Shown: one piece after another, positions 10,701 to 24,394 of the stretch
Layout: each line of letters begins with the position of its first letter
Numbering within the stretch: the stretch's first letter is position 1
Source of the DNA: Lingula anatina
Lineage: Eukaryota; Animalia; Brachiopoda
Direction: 5' to 3'
NCBI GenBank assembly: GCA_051362555.1
Contig: CM120646.1
Location: 10,106,001-10,170,000, forward strand
DNA: 64,000 nt
Position numbers and translations under genes: made by a program
The notes under the pieces: model-generated
What the model saw: the letters and a program-made list of their open reading frames with translations, nothing else
Told to the model about the DNA's origin: nothing
Databases searched by the model: none

Positions 10701-13700
10701 TTCATTGGTCACAGTCAACTGATGAGCTTATCTCAGATTTTTATTGATGTTAAGCATCATTTGTCCAAATTTTACAAATATTGGACCTGATTTGTCAAAA
10801 TTATTAACGTTTAACTATTTTAATCCATGGAATTTGCTAGTCTTTTCAATGTAATTTTCAGTTTTCTCAAATATATTGTCCAAAAAAATCTTTTTTATGG
10901 GTCACAGTCAACTGATAAGCTTATCACAGATTTTTATTGATGTTAAGCATCATTTGTCCAAATTTTACAAATATTGGACCTGATTTGTCAAAATTATTAA
11001 CGTTTAACTATTTTAATCCATGGAATTTGCTAGTCTTTTCAATGTAATTTTCAGTTTTCTCAAATATATTGTCCAAAAAAATCTTTTTCATGGGTCACAG
11101 TCAACTGATAAGCTTATCACAGATTTATATTGATGTTAAGCATCATTTATCCAAATTTCACAAATATTAGACCAGATTTGTCAAAATTATTAACTTTTAA
11201 CTATTTTAATCCATGGAATTTGCCAGTCTTTTCAATGTAATATTCAGTTTTCTCAAATATATTGTCCATAAAAATCTTTTTCATGGGTCACAGTCAACTA
11301 TAAAGCTTAACTTTATCAAAATTATTAATGTTTAAGTATTTTATCTTGTTAAATTAGTCACTTTTTATAATGTAATTTTCACTTTTTTTCAAATTATATA
11401 TTGTTCTTTTTCCAGGTGACTCTTTCCATACAGCGTGGTGGCTTCTTGGTTAACTAATACTTTCTGTCTGGTCATGGCTAATTCCTATAGAAAAAGCAGG
11501 CAGTGAAAGACAGTAGCAAGAGGAAAGCTATGTCTCATCCATGTGTACAATAGATGGTATGTGGCAAGATTTAGGACATTGTCAAATGGTGTGCTTAACC
11601 CTGATTCCAGAAACCCATTGCAAGGAGGAATCTGCATCTGGTATTGGTAGTAAGGAGCAGTCTTGAATGGGCATATATTGTTTTCCAGATGACAGTTATG
11701 GGTAATTTTCCACCTCTCACACAAACAAACACAAATCATAACATTTGCTTTTTCATTTGAGACTAAATTATATGTTGTAAAATTGGAAATAATTTTTTCG
11801 GTATTTCTAATTCTTCTTATACAAATTGCCAATAAACAACATTTCTATTACACACAGTCTGTTGGTAAGCTTATCAGATTTTTATTGGTGTCAAGCATCA
11901 TTTGTCCAAATTTCACTAATATTGGACCTGATTTGTCAAAATTATTAACGTTTAACTATTTTAATCCATGGAATTTGCTAGTCTTTTCAATGTAATTTTC
12001 AGTTTTCTCAAATATATTGTCCAAAAAAATCTTTTTCATGGGACACAGTCAACTGATGAGCTTATCACAGATTTTTATTGGGGCTAAGCATCATTTGTCC
12101 AAATTTCACTAATATTGGACCTGATTTATCAAAATTATTAACATTTAACTATTTTAATGCATGGAATTTGCTAGTCTTTTCAATGTAATTTTCAGTTTTC
12201 TCAAATATATTGTCCAAAAAAATCTTTTTCATGGGTCATAGTCAACTGATGAGCTTATCACAGATATTTATTGATGTTAAGCATCATTTGTCCAAATTTT
12301 ACAAATTTTGAACCTGATTTCTCAAAATTATTAACTTTTAACTATTTTAATCCATGGAATTTGTTAGTCTTTTCAATGTAATTTTCAGTTTTCTCAAATA
12401 TATTGTCCAAAAAAATCTTTTTCATGGGTCACAGTCAACTGATGAGCTTAACACAGATTTTTATTGATGTTAAGCATCATTTGCCCAAATTTCACAAATA
12501 TTAGACCAGATTTTTCAAAATAATTAATGTTTAACTATTGTAATCCATGGAATTTGCTAGTCTTTTCAATGTAATTTTCAGTTTTCTCAAATATATTGTC
12601 CAAAAAAATCTTTTTCATTGGTCACAGTCAACTGATGAGCTTATCTCAGATTTTTATTGATGTTAAGCATCATTTGTCCAAATTTTACAAATATTGGACC
12701 TGATTTGTCAAAATTATTAACGTTTAACTATTTTAATCCATGGAATTTGCTAGTCTTTTCAATGTAATTTTCAGTTTTCTCAAATATATTGTCCAAAAAA
12801 ATCTTTTTCATGGGTCACAGTCAACTGATGAGCTTATCTCAGATTTTTATTGATGTTAAGCATCATTTGTCCAAATTTTACAAATATTGGACCTGATTTG
12901 TCAAAATTATTAACGTTTAACTATTTTAATCCATGGAATTTGCTAGTCTTTTCAATGTAATTTTCAGTTTTCTCAAATATATTGTCCAAAAAAATCTTTT
13001 TCATGGGTCACAGTCAACTGATAAGCTTATCACAGATTTTTATTGATGTTAAGCATCATTTATCCAAATTTCACAAATATTAGACCAGATTTGTCAAAAT
13101 TATTAACTTTTAACTATTTTAATCCATGGAATTTGCCAGTCTTTTCAATGTAATATTCAGTTTTCTCAAATATATTGTCCATAAAAATCTTTTTCATGGG
13201 TCACAGTCAACTATAAAGCTTAACTTTATCAAAATTATTAATGTTTAAGTATTTTATCTTGTTAAATTAGTCACTTTTTATAATGTAATTTTCACTTTTT
13301 TTCAAATTATATATTGTTCTTTTTCCAGGTGACTCTTTCCATACAGCGTGGTGGCTTCTTGGTTAACTAATACTTTCTGTCTGGTCATGGCTAATTCCTA
13401 TAGAAAAAGCAGGCAGTGAAAGACAGTAGCAAGAGGAAAGCTATGTCTCATCCATGTGTACAATAGATGGTATGTGGCAAGATTTAGGACATTGTCAAAT
13501 GGTGTGCTTAACCCTGATTCCAGAAACCCATTGCAAGGAGGAATCTGCATCTGGTATTGGTAGTAAGGAGCAGTCTTGAATGGGCATATATTGTTTTCCA
13601 GATGACAGTTATGGGTAATTTTCCACCTCTCACACAAACAAACACAAATCATAACATTTGCTTTTTCATTTGAGACTAAATTATATGTTGTAAAATTGGA

Positions 13701-16700
13701 AATAATTTTTTCGGTATTTCTAATTCTTCTTATACAAATTGCCAATAAACAACATTTCTATTACACACAGTCTGTTGGTAAGCTTATCAGATTTTTATTG
13801 GTGTCAAGCATCATTTGTCCAAATTTCACTAATATTGGACCTGATTTGTCAAAATTATTAACGTTTAACTATTTTAATCCATGGAATTTGCTAGTCTTTT
13901 CAATGTAATTTTCAGTTTTCTCAAATATATTGTCCAAAAAAATCTTTTTCATGGGACACAGTCAACTGATGAGCTTATCACAGATTTTTATTGGGGCTAA
14001 GCATCATTTGTCCAAATTTCACTAATATTGGACCTGATTTATCAAAATTATTAACATTTAACTATTTTAATGCATGGAATTTGCTAGTCTTTTCAATGTA
14101 ATTTTCAGTTTTCTCAAATATATTGTCCAAAAAAATCTTTTTCATGGGTCATAGTCAACTGATGAGCTTATCACAGATATTTATTGATGTTAAGCATCAT
14201 TTGTCCAAATTTTACAAATTTTGAACCTGATTTCTCAAAATTATTAACTTTTAACTATTTTAATCCATGGAATTTGTTAGTCTTTTCAATGTAATTTTCA
14301 GTTTTCTCAAATATATTGTCCAAAAAAATCTTTTTCATGGGTCACAGTCAACTGATGAGCTTAACACAGATTTTTATTGATGTTAAGCATCATTTGCCCA
14401 AATTTCACAAATATTAGACCAGATTTTTCAAAATAATTAATGTTTAACTATTGTAATCCATGGAATTTGCTAGTCTTTTCAATGTAATTTTCAGTTTTCT
14501 CAAATATATTGTCCAAAAAATCTTTTTCATGGGTCACAGTCAACTGATGAGCTTATCACAGATTTTTATTGATGTTAAGCATCATTTGCCCAAATTTCAC
14601 AAATATTAGACGAGATTTGTCAAAATTATTAACATTTAAGTATTTTAATGCATGGAATTTGCTAGTCTTTTCAATGTAATTTTCAGTTTTGTCAAATACA
14701 TTGTCCAAGAAAATCTTTTTCATGGGTCACAGTCAACTTATGAGCTAATCACAGATTTTTATTGATGTTAAGCATCATTTGTCCAGATTTCACAAAAATT
14801 AGACCAGATTTGTCAAAATTATTAACTTTTAACTATTTTAATCCATGGAATTTGCCAGTCTTTTCAATGTAGTTTTCAGTTTTCTCAAATATCTTGTCCA
14901 AAAAAATCTTTTTCATTGGTCACAGTCAACTGATGAGCTTATCTCAGATTTTTATTGATGTTAAGCATCATTTGTCCAAATTTTACAAATATTGGACCTG
15001 ATTTGTCAAAATTATTAACGTTTAACTATTTTAATCCATGGAATTTGCTAGTCTTTTCAATGTAATTTTCAGTTTTCTCAAATATATTGTCCAAAAAAAT
15101 CTTTTTCATGGGTCACAGTCAACTGATAAGCTTATCACAGATTTTTATTGATGTTAAGCATCATTTGTCCAAATTTTACAAATATTGGACCTGATTTGTC
15201 AAAATTATTAACGTTTAACTATTTTAATCCATGGAATTTGCTAGTCTTTTCAATGTAATTTTCAGTTTTCTCAAATATATTGTCCAAAAAAATCTTTTTC
15301 ATGGGTCACAGTCAACTGATAAGCTTATCACAGATTTTTATTGATGTTAAGCATCATTTATCCAAATTTCACAAATATTAGACCAGATTTGTCAAAATTA
15401 TTAACTTTTAACTATTTTAATCCATGGAATTTGCCAGTCTTTTGAATGTAATTTTCAGTTTTCTCAAATGTATTGTCCCAAAAAATCCTTTTCATTAGAC
15501 ACAGTCAACTATTAAGCTTAACTTTATCAAAATTATTAATGTTTAAGTATTTTAGCTTGTTAAATTAGTCCCTTTTTATAATGTAATTTTCACTTTTTTT
15601 CAAATTATATATTGTTCTTTTTCCAGGTGACTCTTTCCATACAGCGTGGTGGCTTCTTGGTTAACTAATACTTTCTGTCTGGTCATGGCTAATTCCTATA
15701 GAAAAAGCAGGCAGTGAAAGACAGTAGCAAGAGGAAAGCTATGTCTCATCCATGTGTACAATAGATGGTATGTGGCAAGATTTAGGACATTGTCAAATGG
15801 TGTGCTTAACCCTGATTCCAGAAACCCATTGCAAGGAGGAATCTGCATCTGGTATTGGTAGTAAGGAGCAGTCTTGAATGGGCATATATTGTTTTCCAGA
15901 TGACAGTTATGGGTAATTTTCCACCTCTCACACAAACAAACACAAATCATAACATTTGCTTTTTCATTTGAGACTAAATTATATGTTGTAAAATTGGAAA
16001 TAATTTTTTCGGTATTTCTAATTCTTCTTATACAAATTGCCAATAAACAACATTTCTATTACACACAGTCTGTTGGTAAGCTGATCACAGATTTTTATTG
16101 GTGTCAAGCATCATTTGTCCAAATTTCACTAATATTGGACCTGATTTGTCAAAATTATTAACGTTTAACTATTTTAATCCATGGAATTTGCTAGTCTTTT
16201 CAATGTAATTTTCAGTTTTCTCAAATATATTGTCCAAAAAAATCTTTTTCATGGGACACAGTCAACTGATGAGCTTATCACAGATTTTTATTGGGGCTAA
16301 GCATCATTTGTCCAAATTTCACTAATATTGGACCTGATTTATCAAAATTATTAACATTTAACTATTTTAATGCATGGAATTTGCTAGTCTTTTCAATGTA
16401 ATTTTCAGTTTTCTCAAATATATTGTCCAAAAAAATCTTTTTCATGGGTCATAGTCAACTGATGAGCTTATCACAGATATTTATTGATGTTAAGCATCAT
16501 TTGTCCAAATTTTACAAATTTTGAACCTGATTTCTCAAAATTATTAACTTTTAACTATTTTAATCCATGGAATTTGTTAGTCTTTTCAATGTAATTTTCA
16601 GTTTTCTCAAATATATTGTCCAAAAAAATCTTTTTCATGGGTCACAGTCAACTGATGAGCTTAACACAGATTTTTATTGATGTTAAGCATCATTTGCCCA

Positions 16701-19700
16701 AATTTCACAAATATTAGACCAGATTTTTCAAAATAATTAATGTTTAACTATTGTAATCCATGGAATTTGCTAGTCTTTTCAATGTAATTTTCAGTTTTCT
16801 CAAATATATTGTCCAAAAAATCTTTTTCATGGGTCACAGTCAACTGATGAGCTTATCACAGATTTTTATTGATGTTAAGCATCATTTGCCCAAATTTCAC
16901 AAATATTAGACGAGATTTGTCAAAATTATTAACATTTAACTATTTTAATCCATGGAATTTGCCAGTCTTTTCAATGTAGTTTTCAGTTTTCTCAAATATC
17001 TTGTCCAAAAAAATCTTTTTCATTGGTCACAGTCAACTGATGAGCTTATCTCAGATTTTTATTGATGTTAAGCATCATTTGTCCAAATTTTACAAATATT
17101 GGACCTGATTTGTCAAAATTATTAACGTTTAACTATTTTAATCCATGGAATTTGCTAGTCTTTTCAATGTAATTTTCAGTTTTCTCAAATATATTGTCCA
17201 AAAAAATCTTTTTCATGGGTCACAGTCAACTGATAAGCTTATCACAGATTTTTATTGATGTTAAGCATCATTTGTCCAAATTTTACAAATATTGGACCTG
17301 ATTTGTCAAAATTATTAACGTTTAACTATTTTAATCCATGGAATTTGCTAGTCTTTTCAATGTAATTTTCAGTTTTCTCAAATATATTGTCCAAAAAAAT
17401 CTTTTTCATGGGTCACAGTCAACTGATAAGCTTATCACAGATTTTTATTGATGTTAAGCATCATTTGTCCAAATTTTACAAATATTGGACCTGATTTGTC
17501 AAAATTATTAACGTTTAACTATTTTAATCCATGGAATTTGCTAGTCTTTTCAATGTAATTTTCAGTTTTCTCAAATATATTGTCCAAAAAATCTTTTTCA
17601 TGGGTCACAGTCAACTGATAAGCTTATCACAGATTTTTATTGATGTTAAGCATCATTTATCCAAATTTCACAAATATTAGACCAGATTTGTCAAAATTAT
17701 TAACTTTTAACTATTTTAATCCATGGAATTTGCCAGTCTTTTCAATGTAATATTCAGTTTTCTCAAATATATTGTCCATAAAAATCTTTTTCATGGGTCA
17801 CAGTCAACTATAAAGCTTAACTTTATCAAAATTATTAATGTTTAAGTATTTTATCTTGTTAAATTAGTCACTTTTTATAATGTAATTTTCACTTTTTTTC
17901 AAATTATATATTGTTCTTTTTCCAGGTGACTCTTTCCATACAGCGTGGTGGCTTCTTGGTTAACTAATACTTTCTGTCTGGTCATGGCTAATTCCTATAG
18001 AAAAAGCAGGCAGTGAAAGACAGTAGCAAGAGGAAAGCTATGTCTCATCCATGTGTACAATAGATGGTATGTGGCAAGATTTAGGACATTGTCAAATGGT
18101 GTGCTTAACCCTGATTCCAGAAACCCATTGCAAGGAGGAATCTGCATCTGGTATTGGTAGTAAGGAGCAGTCTTGAATGGGCATATATTGTTTTCCAGAT
18201 GACAGTTATGGGTAATTTTCCACCTCTCACACAAACAAACACAAATCATAACATTTGCTTTTTCATTTGAGACTAAATTATATGTTGTAAAATTGGAAAT
18301 AATTTTTTCGGTATTTCTAATTCTTCTTATACAAATTGCCAATAAACAACATTTCTATTACACACAGTCTGTTGGTAAGCTTATCAGATTTTTATTGGTG
18401 TCAAGCATCATTTGTCCAAATTTCACTAATATTGGACCTGATTTGTCAAAATTATTAACGTTTAACTAATTTAATCCATGGAATTTGCTAGTCTTTTCAA
18501 TGTAATTTTCAGTTTTCTCAAATATATTGTCCAAAAAAATCTTTTTCATGGGACACAGTCAACTGATGAGCTTATCACAGATTTTTATTGGGGCTAAGCA
18601 TCATTTGTCCAAATTTCACTAATATTGGACCTGATTTATCAAAATTATTAACATTTAACTATTTTAATGCATGGAATTTGCTAGTCTTTTCAATGTAATT
18701 TTCAGTTTTCTCAAATATATTGTCCAAAAAAATCTTTTTCATGGGTCATAGTCAACTGATGAGCTTATCACAGATATTTATTGATGTTAAGCATCATTTG
18801 TCCAAATTTTACAAATTTTGAACCTGATTTCTCAAAATTATTAACTTTTAACTATTTTAATCCATGGAATTTGTTAGTCTTTTCAATGTAATTTTCAGTT
18901 TTCTCAAATATATTGTCCAAAAAAATCTTTTTCATGGGTCACAGTCAACTGATGAGCTTAACACAGATTTTTATTGATGTTAAGCATCATTTGCCCAAAT
19001 TTCACAAATATTAGACCAGATTTTTCAAAATAATTAATGTTTAACTATTGTAATCCATGGAATTTGCTAGTCTTTTCAATGTAATTTTCAGTTATCTCAA
19101 ATATATTGTCCAAAAAATCTTTTTCATGGGTCACAGTCAACTGATGAGCTTATCACAGATTTTTATTGATGTTAAGCATCATTTGCCCAAATTTGACAAA
19201 TATTAGACGAGATTTGTCAAAATTATTAACATTTAAGTATTTTAATGCATGGAATTTGCTAGTCTTTTCAATGTAATTTTCAGTTTTCTCAAATATCTTG
19301 TCCAAAAAAATCTTTTTCATTGGTCACAGTCAACTGATGAGCTTATCTCAGATTTTTATTGATGTTAAGCATCATTTGTCCAAATTTTACAAATATTGGA
19401 CCTGATTTGTCAAAATTATTAACGTTTAACTATTTTAATCCATGAAATTTGCAAGTCTTTTCAATGTAATTTTCAGTTTTCTCAAATATATTGTCCAAAA
19501 AAATCTTTTTCATGGGTCACAGTCAACTGATAAGCTTATCACAGATTTTTATTGATGTTAAGCATCATTTGTCCAAATTTTACAAATATTGGACCTGATT
19601 TGTCAAAATTATTAACGTTTAACTATTTTAATCCATGGAATTTGCCAGTCTTTTCAATGTAATTTTCAGTTTTCTCAAATATATTGTCCAAAAAAATCTT

Positions 19701-19918
19701 TTTCATGGGTCACAGTCAACTGATAAGCTTATCACAGATTTTTATTGATGGTAAGCATCATTTATCCAAATTTCACAAATATTAGACCAGATTTGTCAAA
19801 ATTATTAACTTTTAACTATTTTAATCCATGGAATTTGCCAGTCTTTTCAATGTAATATTCAGTTTTCTCAAATATATTGTCCATAAAAATCTTTTTCATG
19901 GGTCACAGTCAACTATAA

Positions 19919-22900
19919 AGCTTAACTTTATCAAAATTATTAATGTTTAAGTATTTTATCTTGTTAAATTAGTCACTTTTTATAATGTAATTTTCACTTT
20001 TTTTCAAATTATATATTGTTCTTTTTCCAGGTGACTCTTTCCATACAGCGTGGTGGCTTCTTGGTTAACTAATACTTTCTGTCTGGTCATGGCTAATTCC
20101 TATAGAAAAAGCAGGCAGTGAAAGACAGTAGCAAGAGGAAAGCTATGTCTCATCCATGTGTACAATAGATGGTATGTGGCAAGATTTAGGACATTGTCAA
20201 ATGGTGTGCTTAACCCTGATTCCAGAAACCCATTGCAAGGAGGAATCTGCATCTGGTATTGGTAGTAAGGAGCAGTCTTGAATGGGCATATATTGTTTTC
20301 CAGATGACAGTTATGGGTAATTTTCCACCTCTCACACAAACAAACACAAATCATAACATTTGCTTTTTCATTTGAGACTAAATTATATGTTGTAAAATTG
20401 GAAATAATTTTTTCGGTATTTCTAATTCTTCTTATACAAATTGCCAATAAACAACATTTCTATTACACACAGTCTGTTGGTAAGCTTATCAGATTTTTAT
20501 TGGTGTCAAGCATCATTTGTCCAAATTTCACTAATATTGGACCTGATTTGTCAAAATTATTAACGTTTAACTATTTTAATCCATGGAATTTGCTAGTCTT
20601 TTCAATGTAATTTTCAGTTTTCTCAAATATATTGTCCAAAAAAATCTTTTTCATGGGACACAGTCAACTGATGAGCTTATCACAGATTTTTATTGGGGCT
20701 AAGCATCATTTGTCCAAATTTCACTAATATTGGACCTGATTTATCAAAATTATTAACATTTAACTATTTTAATGCATGGAATTTGCTAGTCTTTTCAATG
20801 TAATTTTCAGTTTTCTCAAATATATTGTCCAAAAAAATCTTTTTCATGGGTCATAGTCAACTGATGAGCTTATCACAGATATTTATTGATGTTAAGCATC
20901 ATTTGTCCAAATTTTACAAATTTTGAACCTGATTTCTCAAAATTATTAACTTTTAACTATTTTAATCCATGGAATTTGTTAGTCTTTTCAATGTAATTTT
21001 CAGTTTTCTCAAATATATTGTCCAAAAAAATCTTTTTCATGGGTCACAGTCAACTGATGAGCTTAACACAGATTTTTATTGATGTTAAGCATCATTTGCC
21101 CAAATTTCACAAATATTAGACCAGATTTTTCAAAATAATTAACTTTTAACTATTTTAATCCATGGAATTTGCCAGTCTTTTCAATGTAATATTCGGTTTT
21201 CTCAAATATATTGTCCATAAAAATCTTTTTCATGGGTCACAGTCAACTATAAAGCTTATAGTTCAAAATAATTAATGTTTAACTATTGTAATCCATGGAA
21301 TTTGCTAGTCTTTTCAATGTAATTTTCAGTTTTCTCAAATATATTGTCCAAAAAATCTTTTTCATGGGTCACAGTCAACTGATGAGCTTATCTCAGATTT
21401 TTATTGATGTTAAGCATCATTTGCCCAAATTTCACAAATATTAGACGAGATTTGTCAAAATTATTAACATTTAAGTATTTTAATGCATGGAATTTGCTAG
21501 TCTTTTCAATGTAATTTTCAGTTTTGTCAAATACATTGTCCAAAAAAATCTTTTTCATGGGTCACAGTCAACTTATGAGCTTATCTCAGATTTTTATTGA
21601 TGTTAAGCATCATTTGTCCAGATTTCACAAAAATTAGACCAGATTTGTCAAAATTATTAACTTTTAACTATTTTAATCCATGGAATTTGCCAGTCTTTTC
21701 AATGTAGTTTTCAGTTTTCTCAAATATCTTGTCCAAAAAAATCTTTTTCATGGGTCACAGTCAACTGATGAGCTTATCTCAGATTTTTATTGATGTTAAG
21801 CATCATTTGTCTAAATTTTACAAATATTGGACCTGATTTGTCAAAATTATTAACGTTTAACTATTTTAATCCATGGAATTTGCTAGTCTTTTCAATGTAA
21901 TTTTCAGTTTTCTCAAATATATTGTCCAAAAAAATCTTTTTCATGGGTCACAGTCAACTGATAAGCTTATCACAGATTTTTATTGATGTTAAGCATCATT
22001 TATCCAAATTTCACAAATATTAGACCAGATTTGTCAAAATTATTAACTTTTAACTATTTTAATCCATGGAATTTGCCAGTCTTTTCAATGTAATATTCAG
22101 TTTTCTCAAATATATTGTCCATAAAAATCTTTTTCATGGGTCACAGTCAACTATAAAGCTTAACTTTATCAAAATTATTAATGTTTAAGTATTTTATCTT
22201 GTTAAATTAGTCACTTTTTATAATGTAATTTTCACTTTTTTTCAAATTATATATTGTTCTTTTTCCAGGTGACTCTTTCCATACAGCGTGGTGGCTTCTT
22301 GGTTAACTAATACTTTCTGTCTGGTCATGGCTAATTCCTATAGAAAAAGCAGGCAGTGAAAGACAGTAGCAAGAGGAAAGCTATGTCTCATCCATGTGTA
22401 CAATAGATGGTATGTGGCAAGATTTAGGACATTGTCAAATGGTGTGCTTAACCCTGATTCCAGAAACCCATTGCAAGGAGGAATCTGCATCTGGTATTGG
22501 TAGTAAGGAGCAGTCTTGAATGGGCATATATTGTTTTCCAGATGACAGTTATGGGTAATTTTCCACCTCTCACACAAACAAACACAAATCATAACATTTG
22601 CTTTTTCATTTGAGACTAAATTATATGTTGTAAAATTGGAAATAATTTTTTCGGTATTTCTAATTCTTCTTATACAAATTGCCAATAAACAACATTTCTA
22701 TTACACACAGTCTGTTGGTAAGCTTATCCGATTTTTATTGGTGTCAAGCATCATTTGTCCAAATTTCACTAATATTGGACCTGATTTGTCAAAATTATTA
22801 ACGTTTAACTATTTTAATCCATGGAATTTGCTAGTCTTTTCAATGTAATTTTCAGTTTTCTCAAATATATTGTCCAAAAAAATCTTTTTCATGGGACACA

Positions 22901-24394
22901 GTCAACTGATGAGCTTATCACAGATTTTTATTGGGGCTAAGCATCATTTGTCCAAATTTCACTAATATTGGACCTGATTTATCAAAATTATTAACATTTA
23001 ACTATTTTAATGCATGGAATTTGCTAGTCTTTTCAATGTAATTTTCAGTTTTCTCAAATATATTGTCCAAAAAAATCTTTTTCATGGGTCATAGTCAACT
23101 GATGAGCTTATCACAGATATTTATTGATGTTAAGCATCATTTGTCCAAATTTTACAAATTTTGAACCTGATTTCTCAAAATTATTAACTTTTAACTATTT
23201 TAATCCATGGAATTTGTTAGTCTTTTCAATGTAATTTTCAGTTTTCTCAAATATATTGTCCAAAAAAATCTTTTTCATGGGTCACAGTCAACTGATGAGC
23301 TTAACACAGATTTTTATTGATGTTAAGCATCATTTGCCCAAATTTCACAAATATTAGACCAGATTTTTCAAAATAATTAACTTTTAACTATTTTAATCCA
23401 TGGAATTTGCCAGTCTTTTCAATGTAATATTCGGTTTTCTCAAATATATTGTCCATAAAAATCTTTTTCATGGGTCACAGTCAACTATAAAGCTTATAGT
23501 TCAAAATAATTAATGTTTAACTATTGTAATCCATGGAATTTGCTAGTCTTTTCAATGTAATTTTCAGTTTTCTCAAATATATTGTCCAAAAAATCTTTTT
23601 CATGGGTCACAGTCAACTGATGAGCTTATCTCAGATTTTTATTGATGTTAAGCATCATTTGCCCAAATTTCACAAATATTAGACGAGATTTGTCAAAATT
23701 ATTAACATTTAAGTATTTTAATGCATGGAATTTGCTAGTCTTTTCAATGTAATTTTCAGTTTTGTCAAATACATTGTCCAAAAAAATCTTTTTCATGGGT
23801 CACAGTCAACTTATGAGCTTATCTCAGATTTTTATTGATGTTAAGCATCATTTGTCCAGATTTCACAAAAATTAGACCAGATTTGTCAAAATTATTAACT
23901 TTTAACTATTTTAATCCATGGAATTTGCCAGTCTTTTCAATGTAGTTTTCAGTTTTCTCAAATATCTTGTCCAAAAAAATCTTTTTCATGGGTCACAGTC
24001 AACTGATGAGCTTATCTCAGATTTTTATTGATGTTAAGCATCATTTGTCTAAATTTTACAAATATTGGACCTGATTTGTCAAAATTATTAACGTTTAACT
24101 ATTTTAATCCATGGAATTTGCTAGTCTTTTCAATGTAATTTTCAGTTTTCTCAAATATATTGTCCAAAAAAATCTTTTTCATGGGTCACAGTCAACTGAT
24201 AAGCTTATCACAGATTTTTATTGATGTTAAGCATCATTTATCCAAATTTCACAAATATTAGACCAGATTTGTCAAAATTATTAACTTTTAACTATTTTAA
24301 TCCATGGAATTTGCCAGTCTTTTCAATGTAATATTCAGTTTTCTCAAATATATTGTCCATAAAAATCTTTTTCATGGGTCACAGTCAACTATAA
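19919..24394. repeat. 2,238-bp unit x2 (cassette + 8 monomers + 132-bp truncated monomer)
   Basis: Anchors at 20100, 22338, 24576. The unusual junction aagcttatagttcaaaata occurs at ~21252 and ~23490. Confidence 0.95.
21253..21384. repeat. 132-bp truncated monomer (second copy 23491-23622)
   Basis: agctta-tag-ttcaaaataattaatg... lacks ~60 bp of the monomer 5' half. The next agctta starts at 21385. Confidence 0.92.

Larger units (their letters stand above)
980..20438. repeat. 9,951-bp tandem duplication (five cassettes per unit)
   Basis: ORF anchors 1534/3447/5745/8044/10149 recur at exactly +9951 (11485/13398/15696/17995/20100). Private variants are shared, e.g. ttaactaatt at ~8511 and ~18462. 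Boundaries are approximate. Confidence 0.95.
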
